Shown one piece after another: positions 9,135-18,746 of a stretch of DNA of 64,000 nucleotides (position 1 is its first letter; every line of letters begins with the position of its first letter). The position numbers and the translations under genes are program-made. The DNA is from an uncultured bacterium (GTDB lineage: Bacteria > Abyssobacteria > SURF-5). Under the pieces are notes generated by a model. The model saw only the letters and a list, made by a program, of their open reading frames with translations. It searched no databases and had not been told where the DNA came from. The stretch lies in the NCBI GenBank assembly GCA_964607485.1, contig CAZSKP010000002.1, forward strand, positions 82,520 to 146,519, written 5' to 3'.

Positions 9135-11467
9135 TTGTCCAGGTTCATCCTCTTCAGCAGTGCCTCATAACGAGGGTCCGAGCGGAAATCGTCGTATAGT
9201 GTATCTCCTTTGATTAAAGAGAGCCAGATATCGCGTTCATCGGCCGCCTTGTTCAGCCAATGGAAGGCCTGATCCGTTTCCCCCAGCCTGAGGTATAGCT
9301 CCGCTATGACGTTTGCCGGCACATAGACTTCCTCTGATCGCTCCAGCAAATCATTTAACACTTTCCGAGCTTCGTCTTTTCTGCCAATGCGTGCATAGAA
9401 ACTTGCGACAGCGCCCTCATCACGCGGATTCAGGGTGCCTGCGATCTTCCTTTCATACTCCATCTCCGCGACGGCTTCTTCATACATAGATTTGCAGTAG
9501 TACATCCATCCAAGCCAGTAATGTGTGGCGGGATAGTCTGGGTCCATCTCTATGCCCTTCTTCAAGACCTCTATCCCTTCGTCGAACCGAGCGGCATAGA
9601 GAAACATTATCCCCATGCCTCTGTTAATGAAAAGCGAGAGAGGATCGAGTTCGACGGCTTTCTGCATTTCCTCGACGGCTGCGTCGACCCGCCCCATGCT
9701 CAGCAGATAGAAGGCGTGCCAATGGCGAGCCATCGCGCCTCCGGGGTTGAGTTCGAGCGCCCTCTGAAACTCTCTTCCTGCATTCTCCCAGTCCCAGTCG
9801 AAAAACATCCTGATGTTGCCCAGCGAGACATGTGCTTCCGCGAGCGTATCGTCAATCTCGAGAGCCGTCAACGCGGCCTGTTTCGCCTTGGGATAGACTT
9901 CGCTTGTAGGCACATAGCCAAAAATCGGAAGATAATGGTAGCAGTCGGCCAAACCGGCGTAGGCCTGCGCATAGTCCGGGGCTTTCTCTATTGCCTGTTC
10001 GAAGTACTGTATCGCTTTTTCTATATCCTCTTCCGTGCCCTTGTGGAAGAAGAAGCGGCCTTGGAGATACAAATCATAGATTTCATGATCTACGACAGGC
10101 CGCTTTGCAAGGACCGCCTGTTCTCCGTCGGCAAGCCTGACCCTCAATTTCTTCACTATAGCCCGGGAGATTTCCTCCTGAACGGCAAAGATATCTTCCA
10201 CATCTCGATCATATTGCTCCGACCAGAGGTGAAATCCGTCACTCACTTTTACGAGCTGCGTCGTGATGCGCAGCCGATTGCCCGCCTTTCGGATGCTACC
10301 CTCAAGCACAGTATCGACGTTGAGCTTCTTCCCAATATCACTAATCGTTACGTTTCTCCCCTTGAATGAAAAGGCGGACGTCCGAGCGACGACCTTCAGG
10401 TTTGTGAATCTCGCGAGCGCATTGATTAGCTCTTCCGATATTCCATCACAGAAATATTCCTGGTCCTTTTCGGCACTCATGTCAACAAACGGGAGCACTG
10501 CAATCGAGGAGAAAGCTTTTTCTTCCTTTTGTCGTCCGAGGAACGCTATGGCCGCAATGCAAATGCCCATCGCTGCAATTCCCATTGCTACGGGTCTCAC
10601 GCCAATCCGTTTCGATTTCCAGGAAGGAGCCAATCTCAGACGTCTCCCATCTCCGCGTTCCTTCTTACCCAGGCCGTCCAGGAACTCGGAGGTCGTGCGG
10701 AATCTACTATCCCTGTCTTTTGCCATTGCGCGGGAGACAACGGCAGTCAATTCAGATGGGACGTCCGGCCTCAGCTCTTCTACAGGGATGGGCTCTTCGC
10801 TGACAATCTTGTGAATCATCGCCACTTCATTCGGTGCGTCGAAAGGGGGTTTGCCGGTGAGCATCTCATAGAGGACCACGCCGAGAGAATACACATCTGT
10901 CCGGAAATCGAGTTCCTCGCCGCGGCATTGTTCGGGCGACATGTAGCCAAGTGTGCCGATGAGTGTGCCCGACTGCGTCACCTTCGAGCGGTCATCGGCG
11001 GCTCTCGCCAAACCGAAGTCCAGGACCTTTGCATTGCCGGAGCCGTCGATAATCACGTTTGATGGCTTGACGTCGCGGTGGATGATGTTGTGCTTGTGGG
11101 CATGTTCCAGGGCCAGCGCTACCTGAGAAATGATCCGCACCGCCTCGCTCGGCTCGAATTTGCCTTTCTTCTCCAAAACTTTATCAAGAGTTTCCCCCTC
11201 CACGTATTCCATGCTGAAGAAGTGGAGATCGTTGTCCTCCGCGATGTCGAATATCTGGATGATATTGGAATGGCTGAGTTTTGCCACCGCGCGGGCTTCT
11301 CGCTTGAATCTCTTAAGGAAAGACGCATCCGAACTCAGATGAGGAGGCAGGATTTTCAAGGCAACCGTCCGCTCCAGCTTCGTGTCCTCGGCTTTATACA
11401 CCACGCCCATCCCGCCCTCGCCAAGCTTTTCGAGAATCTTGTAATGGGATATAGTTGTGCCGATCAT
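9131..11467 (-). CDS. Ser/Thr kinase - TM - TolB_N-like - TPR protein
   Basis: Kinase motifs HRDVKPSN and DFG, hydrophobic VAMGIAAMGICIAAIAFL, SIAVLPF, TPRs. Start moved to MIGTTISHY (ATGA overlap with the upstream stop). Confidence 0.92.
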   Translation of the reverse strand: MIGTTISHYKILEKLGEGGMGVVYKAEDTKLERTVALKILPPHLSSDASFLKRFKREARAVAKLSHSNIIQIFDIAEDNDLHFFSMEYVEGETLDKVLEKKGKFEPSEAVRIISQVALALEHAHKHNIIHRDVKPSNVIIDGSGNAKVLDFGLARAADDRSKVTQSGTLIGTLGYMSPEQCRGEELDFRTDVYSLGVVLYEMLTGKPPFDAPNEVAMIHKIVSEEPIPVEELRPDVPSELTAVVSRAMAKDRDSRFRTTSEFLDGLGKKERGDGRRLRLAPSWKSKRIGVRPVAMGIAAMGICIAAIAFLGRQKEEKAFSSIAVLPFVDMSAEKDQEYFCDGISEELINALARFTNLKVVARTSAFSFKGRNVTISDIGKKLNVDTVLEGSIRKAGNRLRITTQLVKVSDGFHLWSEQYDRDVEDIFAVQEEISRAIVKKLRVRLADGEQAVLAKRPVVDHEIYDLYLQGRFFFHKGTEEDIEKAIQYFEQAIEKAPDYAQAYAGLADCYHYLPIFGYVPTSEVYPKAKQAALTALEIDDTLAEAHVSLGNIRMFFDWDWENAGREFQRALELNPGGAMARHWHAFYLLSMGRVDAAVEEMQKAVELDPLSLFINRGMGIMFLYAARFDEGIEVLKKGIEMDPDYPATHYWLGWMYYCKSMYEEAVAEMEYERKIAGTLNPRDEGAVASFYARIGRKDEARKVLNDLLERSEEVYVPANVIAELYLRLGETDQAFHWLNKAADERDIWLSLIKGDTLYDDFRSDPRYEALLKRMNLDK
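10797..11358. repeat. About 560-bp near-identical direct repeat (copy 1; copy 2 at 13025..13586)
   Basis: The kinase-coding DNA aligns without gaps at offset 2228 with only scattered substitutions. Confidence 0.9.
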
Positions 11468-13710
11468 GGTTCGAGGCCCATTTTTTTCAGAATTGCTTTG
11501 AACCTGGGGTCCGAACGCAAGGGAGCGACCATTGGAGCTGCCTGAAAATAACCAAGCCAAATGTCACCGCTCTCGCAGGCCTTCTCAAGCCATTCGAACC
11601 CCCTATCGATGTCTCCAAGCGCAAAATAGAGCAATCCAGTAAAGGTCGGAGGCACATATTCCGTTTCACTACGCGTCAAAAACGTGTTGAGAATATCCAG
11701 GGCTTTCTCCCGCTTTCCAACGAGCGCATGCCAGACAGCGATACTCCATTCCGCGGCAGCATCCAATACGCCCGAAACTTCCCTTTCCCTTTCAAACTCC
11801 AAAAGCGCCTCGTCGTTCATTGACTTCTGTAAATATGCCAACCCCAGAGCCAGGTGAGCATAAGGATGATTCGGGTCCAACTCGATAGTTTTCCGTAATA
11901 CTTCTATTGCCCTGTCATTTTGACCTGCCCAATATAAGATCATCCCCAGCCCTATATTTATCTGCAGAGAAAGAGAATCCAGCTTGTGAGCTTCTTCTAT
12001 TTCAGCAATTGCTTCATCCAACCGATTCACGCGCACCAGATGATAGGCATAGGTCCAGTGAGCTATTGCATAGCCGGGGTTCAGCTCAATTGCTTGTTTC
12101 AGCTCCCTCTCCGCTCCTTTCCAGTCCCAATCATACGCCGATTTGACCGTGCCCAATGATATATGGGCTTCAGCCAAAGTGTTATCAATCTCCAGCGCCC
12201 TGAGTGCCGCCCTTCTCCCTTTTTGGTATGTTTCCTGTGGCCGGGACGAAGAAAAAAATGGGAGAACAAGGTGGGCGTCGGCCAACCCGGCATACGCCTG
12301 TGCATAGTCCGGGTCTATCGCCAATGCCTGTTCGAAATAATCGACGGCCTTCTTCAACGCTTCCACTGAAGATTTATTAAAGAAATAGCGCCCCTTGAGG
12401 TACAGGTCGTATGTTTCAATTGGCACTGCTTGCCGGGCGCCGAGCTTTGACTTTTCTGATTTGAGCAGAGTGGGCTTGAGCTTGGTCACGATCGCTTCGG
12501 AGATTTCGTCCTGTATCGCGAAGATATCGTCCATGTTCCGGTCATACTTCTCGGACCACAGGTGATATCCGTCGGCAACATTAACGAGCTGGCCGGTTAT
12601 TCGAAGACGGTTCCCGGCCTTTTGGATGCTTCCTTCCAACACCGTCGCCACATTCAGCCTCTTTCCGATGTCGCGGACATCCAGACTCTGTCCTTTGAAT
12701 GAGAAGGCGGATGTTCTGGCAACAACTTTCAGGTCTTTGATCTGCGTCAATGCGTTTATCAGTGCCTCGGCCATGCCGTCGCAGAGATATTCCTGATCTC
12801 TGGAGGAGCTCATGTCGACAAAAGGCAGCACAACAATCGAAGGCGAAGATTCTTCCTCGATGTGTTTTTCTGAGGAAGATGAGACAGGGAGTTTCCTGAG
12901 GCTTTCCATAAATTCGGTCATGTTCCCGTGCCTTGCCATCCTATCTTTCGCCATTGCCCGAGATACGACAGTGTTGAGCTCTTCTGAGATGTCCGCTGTG
13001 AACTCTCTGACACCGGGAGGTTCCTCGCTGACAATCTTGTGAATCATGGCCACTTCGTTCGGCGCGTCGAATGGGGGTTTGCCTGTCAGCATTTCGTAGA
13101 GCACCACGCCGAGGGAATAGATATCCGTGCGGAAATCGAGTTCCTCGCCGCGGCATTGTTCGGGTGACATGTAGCCAAGTGTACCGATGAGCGTGCCCGA
13201 TTGCGTCACCTTGGAGCGGTCATCGGCGGCTCTGGCCAGACCGAAGTCCATGACCTTTGCATTGCCGGAGCCGTCGATAATTATGTTTGATGGCTTGACG
13301 TCGCGGTGGATTATGTTGTGCTTGTGGGCGTGTTCCAGGGCCAGCGCGACCTGAGAAATGACCCGTACCGCCTCTTTCGGCTCGAATTTGCCTTTCTTCT
13401 CCAAAACTTTATCAAGAGTTTCCCCCTCCACGTATTCCATGCTGAAGAAGTGGAGATCGTTGTCCTCCGCGATGTCGAATATCTGGATGATATTGGAATG
13501 GCTGAGTTTTGCCACCGCGCGGGCTTCTCGCTTGAATCTCTTAAGGAAAGAAACATTCGAACTCAGATGAGGAGGCAGGATTTTCAGAGCGACGGGACGG
13601 TCGAGGTTCACCTGGCGGGCCTTATATACCACACCCATCCCACCCTGACCGAGAAGGGACTCGATCTCGTAGTTGCCGAGCCTTGTGCCTGCGAGCCGTT
13701 CGATATCCAT
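11464..13710 (-). CDS. Ser/Thr kinase - TolB_N-like - TPR protein (first gene of the array)
   Basis: GQGGMGVVY, HRDVKPSN, DFG, SIVVLPF, TPRs. GAGGTAGG RBS upstream. Confidence 0.93.
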   Translation of the reverse strand: MDIERLAGTRLGNYEIESLLGQGGMGVVYKARQVNLDRPVALKILPPHLSSNVSFLKRFKREARAVAKLSHSNIIQIFDIAEDNDLHFFSMEYVEGETLDKVLEKKGKFEPKEAVRVISQVALALEHAHKHNIIHRDVKPSNIIIDGSGNAKVMDFGLARAADDRSKVTQSGTLIGTLGYMSPEQCRGEELDFRTDIYSLGVVLYEMLTGKPPFDAPNEVAMIHKIVSEEPPGVREFTADISEELNTVVSRAMAKDRMARHGNMTEFMESLRKLPVSSSSEKHIEEESSPSIVVLPFVDMSSSRDQEYLCDGMAEALINALTQIKDLKVVARTSAFSFKGQSLDVRDIGKRLNVATVLEGSIQKAGNRLRITGQLVNVADGYHLWSEKYDRNMDDIFAIQDEISEAIVTKLKPTLLKSEKSKLGARQAVPIETYDLYLKGRYFFNKSSVEALKKAVDYFEQALAIDPDYAQAYAGLADAHLVLPFFSSSRPQETYQKGRRAALRALEIDNTLAEAHISLGTVKSAYDWDWKGAERELKQAIELNPGYAIAHWTYAYHLVRVNRLDEAIAEIEEAHKLDSLSLQINIGLGMILYWAGQNDRAIEVLRKTIELDPNHPYAHLALGLAYLQKSMNDEALLEFEREREVSGVLDAAAEWSIAVWHALVGKREKALDILNTFLTRSETEYVPPTFTGLLYFALGDIDRGFEWLEKACESGDIWLGYFQAAPMVAPLRSDPRFKAILKKMGLEP
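13025..13586. repeat. About 560-bp near-identical direct repeat (copy 2)
   Basis: Matches 10797..11358. Confidence 0.9.
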
Positions 13711-13778
13711 GGCTACCTACCTCTGAATCTTACGGGAGTTGATCCGACGTAGGTGCTTCCGGTTCTTTCGGAAAGACC

Positions 13779-13809
13779 AGTATATCAAAAAAAGCTGGGA
13801 TTTTGCCAA
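13779..13809 (-). promoter_or_regulatory. Candidate sigma70 promoter for the kinase array
   Basis: TTGGCA-N19-TATACT with an extended -10 TGn. The spacer is long. Confidence 0.4.
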
Positions 13810-14073
13810 TGACGCTCGCAAATTTGAGCGGTCAAGTGCTGTCCTGGAAAATCCCAATATTCTTGACTTCTCGGAGGCGGCGAATTCGCCTTTGGGGAAG
13901 CAGAAATCAGTGCAGAATTGAAAAGGGATCATTCACCCCTGAGAGAACGGCCCTCAAACGATCCGATGCGCATACCGACGTGAGACGATAAGAATCGAAG
14001 TCCCCCTTGTGCACAGGCCCGCAAGGTGGGACTGGCACACATTCACGGGGACAGCGGCCGGCATGACAAATTA

Positions 14074-14105
14074 GGGAACCGACGCAAGTCATGACGTCGG
14101 TTCCC
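14074..14105 (-). terminator. Stem-loop downstream of msrAB
   Basis: GGGAACCGACG-N10-CGTCGGTTCCC, an 11-bp perfect stem 9 nt after the stop. Weak U tract. Confidence 0.55.
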
Positions 14106-14114
14106 CTCGTTACT

Positions 14115-15257
14115 TTATTTCGCGGGAGTGGCGTGCGCTTCGGCGAACAGGCGCATATACTTGCCGTATCCCGCCTTTTCAAGGTCCTCTTTGGGGATGA
14201 ATCGCAGCGCGGCGGAATTGATGCAGTACCGAAGCCCTGTGGGTTTGGGGCCATCGTTGAACACGTGTCCAAGGTGAGAGTCGCCGTGTTTGCTCCTCAC
14301 CTCGGTTCGTTTTATGAAGAAGTAGCTCCTGTCTTCTTTCTCCACGATGTTGTTCGGTTCGAGCGGCCTGGTGAAGCTCGGCCAGCCCGTGCCCGACTTG
14401 AACTTGTCCGTCGAGCTGAACAGGGGCTCGCCGGAGACGACATCGACGTAAATCCCCTCTTTTTTGTTATCCCAGTATTCGTTGTGAAACGCCGGCTCGG
14501 TGCCGTTCTCCTGCGTCACCTCGTATTGCAGAGGAGTCAGCTCGCTCCGCAGGGTTGCGTCGTCGGGCTTCGAGTAATCTCCGGCCTTCGGAGAAGCCTT
14601 GGCTCCCCCCTTTTCTCCCCATTCCTTCTTCAGGAACTGGTCGCGGCCGGAGGCGCTTCTGTAGGCCTTGTACCTCACGGGAGACTTCTTGTAATAATCC
14701 TGGTGATAGTCCTCCGCCTTGTAGAAGGTCGTGAACTTGACTATTTGCGTGGCGATCGGCTTGTCGAACTTTCCGGATTCGGCGAGCGCTTCCTTCGATT
14801 GTTCCGCCAATCGTTTCTGCTCGGCATCGTTATAGAAGATGATGGAGCGATACTGCGGTCCCCTGTCGACAAACTGCCCGCCGGCGTCGGTCGGGTCGAT
14901 ATGCCTCCAGAAATAGTCGAGCAATTCCTTGTAGCTGAGCCGGAGTGGGTCGTAGTACACCTGCACGGCCTCGACGTAGCCCGTCGTGCCCGAGGAAACC
15001 TCTTTGTAGGTCGGGTTCTCCTTGGTGCCGCCCGCGTAGCCTGAGATGACTTTCACGACACCCGGCAGCTTTTCGAAATCCGCCTCGGTGCACCAGAAAC
15101 ATCCTCCGGCGAATGTCGCTTTGCGCAGTGTGCTATCATCTATGGTCATTGTACTCTTCTCCTGCTGCTGCATCGCTGTGCTGTCCGAACAACCCACCAA
15201 CGCCAGAGGCGCCAGTGTTGCAAATAGCAGCAATATCTTCGTGATGGTATGTGTCAT
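14115..15257 (-). CDS. msrAB: Exported (lipoprotein-like) peptide methionine sulfoxide reductase MsrA/MsrB fusion
   Basis: MsrA GGCFWC and AEDYHQDYY. Msr[24 protein letters not shown]-terminal LVGC lipobox-like signal. Confidence 0.95.
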   Translation of the reverse strand: MTHTITKILLLFATLAPLALVGCSDSTAMQQQEKSTMTIDDSTLRKATFAGGCFWCTEADFEKLPGVVKVISGYAGGTKENPTYKEVSSGTTGYVEAVQVYYDPLRLSYKELLDYFWRHIDPTDAGGQFVDRGPQYRSIIFYNDAEQKRLAEQSKEALAESGKFDKPIATQIVKFTTFYKAEDYHQDYYKKSPVRYKAYRSASGRDQFLKKEWGEKGGAKASPKAGDYSKPDDATLRSELTPLQYEVTQENGTEPAFHNEYWDNKKEGIYVDVVSGEPLFSSTDKFKSGTGWPSFTRPLEPNNIVEKEDRSYFFIKRTEVRSKHGDSHLGHVFNDGPKPTGLRYCINSAALRFIPKEDLEKAGYGKYMRLFAEAHATPAK

Positions 15258-15413
15258 TTAATCTAACCTCCCTCTTTATCTAATTGTGTCCGAGGACATC
15301 TTCCTTGTAAAGGAACAGCGCCAGACTTTCTTTGATCCGGGCCGATTTCGTCCAAGCTATTGTTCGTCGGGAGGCGGAGGCTCCTCCAGATAGTCATTGC
15401 AACTTTCTCCGAT

Positions 15414-15457
15414 TTGTGACATTTGTCAAAGCGTTTCCCTCTTCAGGAATGTATGGT
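15414..15457 (+). promoter_or_regulatory. Crp/Fnr-family (HcpR-like) site and -10 element upstream of hcp
   Basis: TTGTGACATTTGTCAAA contains TGAC-N4-GTCA. TATGGT at 15452 puts the site centre near -41.5. Confidence 0.6.
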
Positions 15458-15542
15458 TATAGTATGAAACGGTCGCATGAGCTTGAACAAGGAATGAATC
15501 CGTACCAGCAAGACCTGGAGACCGAAAAGAGGAGGACGTAAG

Positions 15543-17186
15543 ATGGCGACAACACAGATGTTCTGTTACCAGTGTGAGCAGACGGCCAAGGGCGAGGCGT
15601 GCACGAAGGCCGGAGTATGTGGCAAGCAGCCCGATGTGGCGGCCCTGCAGGACCTGCTCGTCCATGCGCTCACGGGATTGTCCGTTTATGCCGTCGAGGG
15701 CCGCAAGGTGGGCGTGAACGACGGCGATGCGAACGTCTTCACCTGCGAGGCCCTGTTCGCGACACTTACCAATGTGGATTTCGACCCGGAGAGGTTCGAC
15801 CCCTTGATCCGGCGCTCCGTCGAACTACGGGAAAGCCTCAAGAAGAAAGTCAAGGCCGCGGGCGGGAAAGTCGACTTTCCCGACGGCCCCGTCACCTTCC
15901 AGCCCAAGCCAACGTTGGAGGGCCTGGTGGAACAGGGCAAAGCGGTGGGCCTGAAGTCCGACCCGTCCATCAATCCGGACATCCGTTCGCTCCAACACAC
16001 GCTTCTGTTCGGAATCAAGGGTGTCGCCGCGTATGCCGACCACGCCAAGATTCTCGGACAGGCCGACGACGCCGTGTATGCCTTCATCCACGAAGGCCTG
16101 GCCGCAACCCTGCGGAAAGACCTGAGCCTCGACGACTGGGTCGGCCTCGTGCTGAAATGCGGCGAGATTAACCTGCGAACGATGGAACTGCTCGACGCCG
16201 GCAACACCGGAGCCTATGGACACCCGGTACCCACCAAGGTCCCCCTCGGCGCGAAGAAGGGGAAGGCCATCGTCGTCTCGGGCCACGACCTGAAGGACTT
16301 GGAAGAGCTCCTGAAACAGACCGAGGGCAAGGGCATAAACGTCTATACCCACGGCGAGATGCTCCCCTGCCACGGCTATCCCGGCCTGAAGAAGTACCCC
16401 CATTTCTACGGGCACTACGGAACCGCCTGGCAGAACCAGGCGCGGGAGTTTGCGGATTTCCCCGGCGCGATACTGATGACGACGAACTGTATCCAGAAGC
16501 CGAGAGACTCATACAAGGACAACATATTCACTAGCGGCCTGGTCGGATGGCCGGGCGTGCCCCACATTTCCGACCGCAACTTCGCGCCTGTCATCGAGAA
16601 GGCGCTCGCGATGCCCGGCTTTGCAAATGACACGAACGGCAAGACGGTCATGGTCGGTTTCGCGAGAAACGCGGTGCTCGGCGTCGCCGACAAGGTGATC
16701 GACGCGGTCAAGAACAAGGCCATCCGCCACTTTTTCCTCGTGGCCGGATGCGACGGAGCCAAGCCGGGCCGGAACTATTACACCAAGTTCGTCGAACAAG
16801 TGCCCGACGACTGTGTCGTGCTGACGCTGGCGTGCGGCAAGTTCCGCTTCTTCGACAAGGACCTCGGCGACATCGGGGGCATACCCAGACTCCTCGACGT
16901 CGGCCAGTGCAACGACGCTTACTCCGCCATTCAAATCGCGGTGGCGCTGTCGAAGGCGTTCAACGTGGGAGTCAACGACCTGCCTCTGTCCATGGTGCTT
17001 TCGTGGTACGAGCAGAAGGCCGTGGCCATTCTGCTGACGCTCCTGCATCTGGGCATCAAGGACATTCGCCTCGGGCCGAGCCTGCCGGCGTTCATCACTC
17101 CCGCGGTGCTTGACACGCTCGTGAAGACTTTTGACATCAAACCGATCACGACCCCCGAGGAGGACCTGAAGGCGATTCTGGGATAA
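15543..17186 (+). CDS. hcp: Hybrid cluster protein (hydroxylamine/NO reductase)
   Basis: MFCYQCEQT...C...GVCGK, SGHDL, THGEMLP, GCDG, GQCNDAY, WYEQKA. Confidence 0.97.
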   Translation: MATTQMFCYQCEQTAKGEACTKAGVCGKQPDVAALQDLLVHALTGLSVYAVEGRKVGVNDGDANVFTCEALFATLTNVDFDPERFDPLIRRSVELRESLKKKVKAAGGKVDFPDGPVTFQPKPTLEGLVEQGKAVGLKSDPSINPDIRSLQHTLLFGIKGVAAYADHAKILGQADDAVYAFIHEGLAATLRKDLSLDDWVGLVLKCGEINLRTMELLDAGNTGAYGHPVPTKVPLGAKKGKAIVVSGHDLKDLEELLKQTEGKGINVYTHGEMLPCHGYPGLKKYPHFYGHYGTAWQNQAREFADFPGAILMTTNCIQKPRDSYKDNIFTSGLVGWPGVPHISDRNFAPVIEKALAMPGFANDTNGKTVMVGFARNAVLGVADKVIDAVKNKAIRHFFLVAGCDGAKPGRNYYTKFVEQVPDDCVVLTLACGKFRFFDKDLGDIGGIPRLLDVGQCNDAYSAIQIAVALSKAFNVGVNDLPLSMVLSWYEQKAVAILLTLLHLGIKDIRLGPSLPAFITPAVLDTLVKTFDIKPITTPEEDLKAILG

Positions 17187-17279
17187 GGAATGTTGCCCTC
17201 GGCCTCGCAGAAAGGCCGAGGGCAATTTCTCTCAAAACGTGAGGAGGACGTATGGCTGGATTTTGGAAGGAGGGACAAA

Positions 17280-17894
17280 ATGAATAAGATAATAATTCTC
17301 GTTGCGATATGCGCCGGTTTTCTGTTCCTTGTTCCGCACGTGGCCGTCGCTCACTGCGACACGCTGGACGGCCCCGTTGTAACGACCGCGAGGGCGGCTC
17401 TGGACAAGGGCGACGTGACACCCGTGCTCAAGTGGGTGAAACCGGAGCACGAGTCCGAAATTCGCGAGGCTTTCAACAAGACACTGGCCGTGAGGGCCAA
17501 GGGACCCGAAGCAAAAGAGCTGGCGGACATGTACTTCCTCGAAACGCTGGTGAGAATTCACCGTGCCGGCGAGGGAGCGCCTTACACCGGCCTCAAGCCC
17601 GCCGGCACCGACCTCGGACCGGCCGTGACAGCGGCCGACAAAGCCCTCCAGACGGGCGAGAGCGAAGCTCTCGTGAACCTGGTGACAGCGGAAGCGGCCG
17701 ACGGAATTCGCGAACGCTTTCGCCACGCCTTTGCGAAGAAGAAGCATGCAGACGAGAGCGTAGAGGACGGGCGGGAGTTCGTGGAGGCCTACGTCGAGTT
17801 CGTACACTATGTCGAGCGACTTCACAACGACGCAGCCACCTCGGCCGTTCACCACAGCGAAGCGAAAGAATCCGAAGGCCATCACGCACACTAG
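17280..17894 (+). CDS. Exported DUF6448-like helical protein
   Basis: Signal peptide ending AVA, then HCDTLDGPVV; ETLVRIHRAGEGAPYTGLKP; His-rich tail. GGAGG RBS. Confidence 0.8.
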   Translation: MNKIIILVAICAGFLFLVPHVAVAHCDTLDGPVVTTARAALDKGDVTPVLKWVKPEHESEIREAFNKTLAVRAKGPEAKELADMYFLETLVRIHRAGEGAPYTGLKPAGTDLGPAVTAADKALQTGESEALVNLVTAEAADGIRERFRHAFAKKKHADESVEDGREFVEAYVEFVHYVERLHNDAATSAVHHSEAKESEGHHAH

Positions 17895-17923
17895 GCCGGA
17901 GCTAATGAAAAGAGGTGTTCGAC

Positions 17924-18667
17924 ATGCTGAAAACATTAAGTGAAGAGACAACTGTACGCGAATTGGTGGTGAAATATCCCCGCGCGCGCCCCGTGCTCGA
18001 ACGCTTTGGAATCGACTACTGCTGCGGCGGCGGCCACGCGCTGAAGGAAGCGGCGGCCGAAAAGGGAGTGAATCTGGAGGCGTTGTTTGAGGCTCTTGAA
18101 GATGCCGTCTCGGCCCCTTCTCCGGGCGGCGCCGAGAGGGATTGGTCTGCCGCGACGCCCACCGAATTGGCCGACCATATCGAAGAGCGGCACCACACGT
18201 TTATGAAGGAGCAGCTTCCGCGCCTGCGGAACCTCATGGCGAAAGTGCTCGACGCGCACGGCCCCCGACACGGGGATATGCTCGCGCAGCTTCAGGAAAC
18301 CTATGATTCGCTCAGAACGGAAATCGAGCAGCACCTCATGAAGGAGGAGCAAATCCTGTTTCCGGCCATCCGCCAGATCGACGCTTACGCGCGGGAAGGC
18401 GGTACGAAGCCCGCGCTTCATTGCGGGTCGGTGCAGAATCCCATCCGTCAGATGGAACACGAGCACGACAATGCCGGCGCGGCGCTGGCCAGGATGAGGG
18501 AGTTGACATCGGATTACACACTGCCCGACGACGCGTGCAACACGTTCGGCGCGCTCTACGATGGGCTGCGGGAGCTCGAGGACGACCTGCACGAACATAT
18601 TCACCTTGAGAACAATATCCTGTTCCCTGAAGTCATCGAGCTGGAGAAAACGAGTGGAATCGCCTGA
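17924..18667 (+). CDS. ric: Iron-sulfur cluster repair di-iron protein (ScdA/YtfE family)
   Basis: IDYCCGG, HLMKEEQILFP, MEHEH, HIHLENNILFP. Confidence 0.95.
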   Translation: MLKTLSEETTVRELVVKYPRARPVLERFGIDYCCGGGHALKEAAAEKGVNLEALFEALEDAVSAPSPGGAERDWSAATPTELADHIEERHHTFMKEQLPRLRNLMAKVLDAHGPRHGDMLAQLQETYDSLRTEIEQHLMKEEQILFPAIRQIDAYAREGGTKPALHCGSVQNPIRQMEHEHDNAGAALARMRELTSDYTLPDDACNTFGALYDGLRELEDDLHEHIHLENNILFPEVIELEKTSGIA

Positions 18668-18746
18668 CTGACAGTCGCCTCGGGCGATGAATTCAAGAGG
18701 CCGGGGCCGACGTCTCCCGGCCCTGATTGAAAGAAAGGCTGAGGCA

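Noticed and set aside
10797-13586. Diversity-generating retroelement TR/VR pair
   Set aside because: Both copies lie in conserved kinase coding sequence, the differences I checked are largely synonymous and not adenine-specific, and no reverse transcriptase is present.
13793-13809. Sigma54 promoter (GG-N10-GC) for the kinase array
   Set aside because: It lacks the TTGC -12 element, and a sigma70 extended -10 fits better.
13925-14070. TPP riboswitch (CTGAGA motif)
   Set aside because: The rest of the TPP consensus is missing and no thiamine-related gene lies downstream on that strand.
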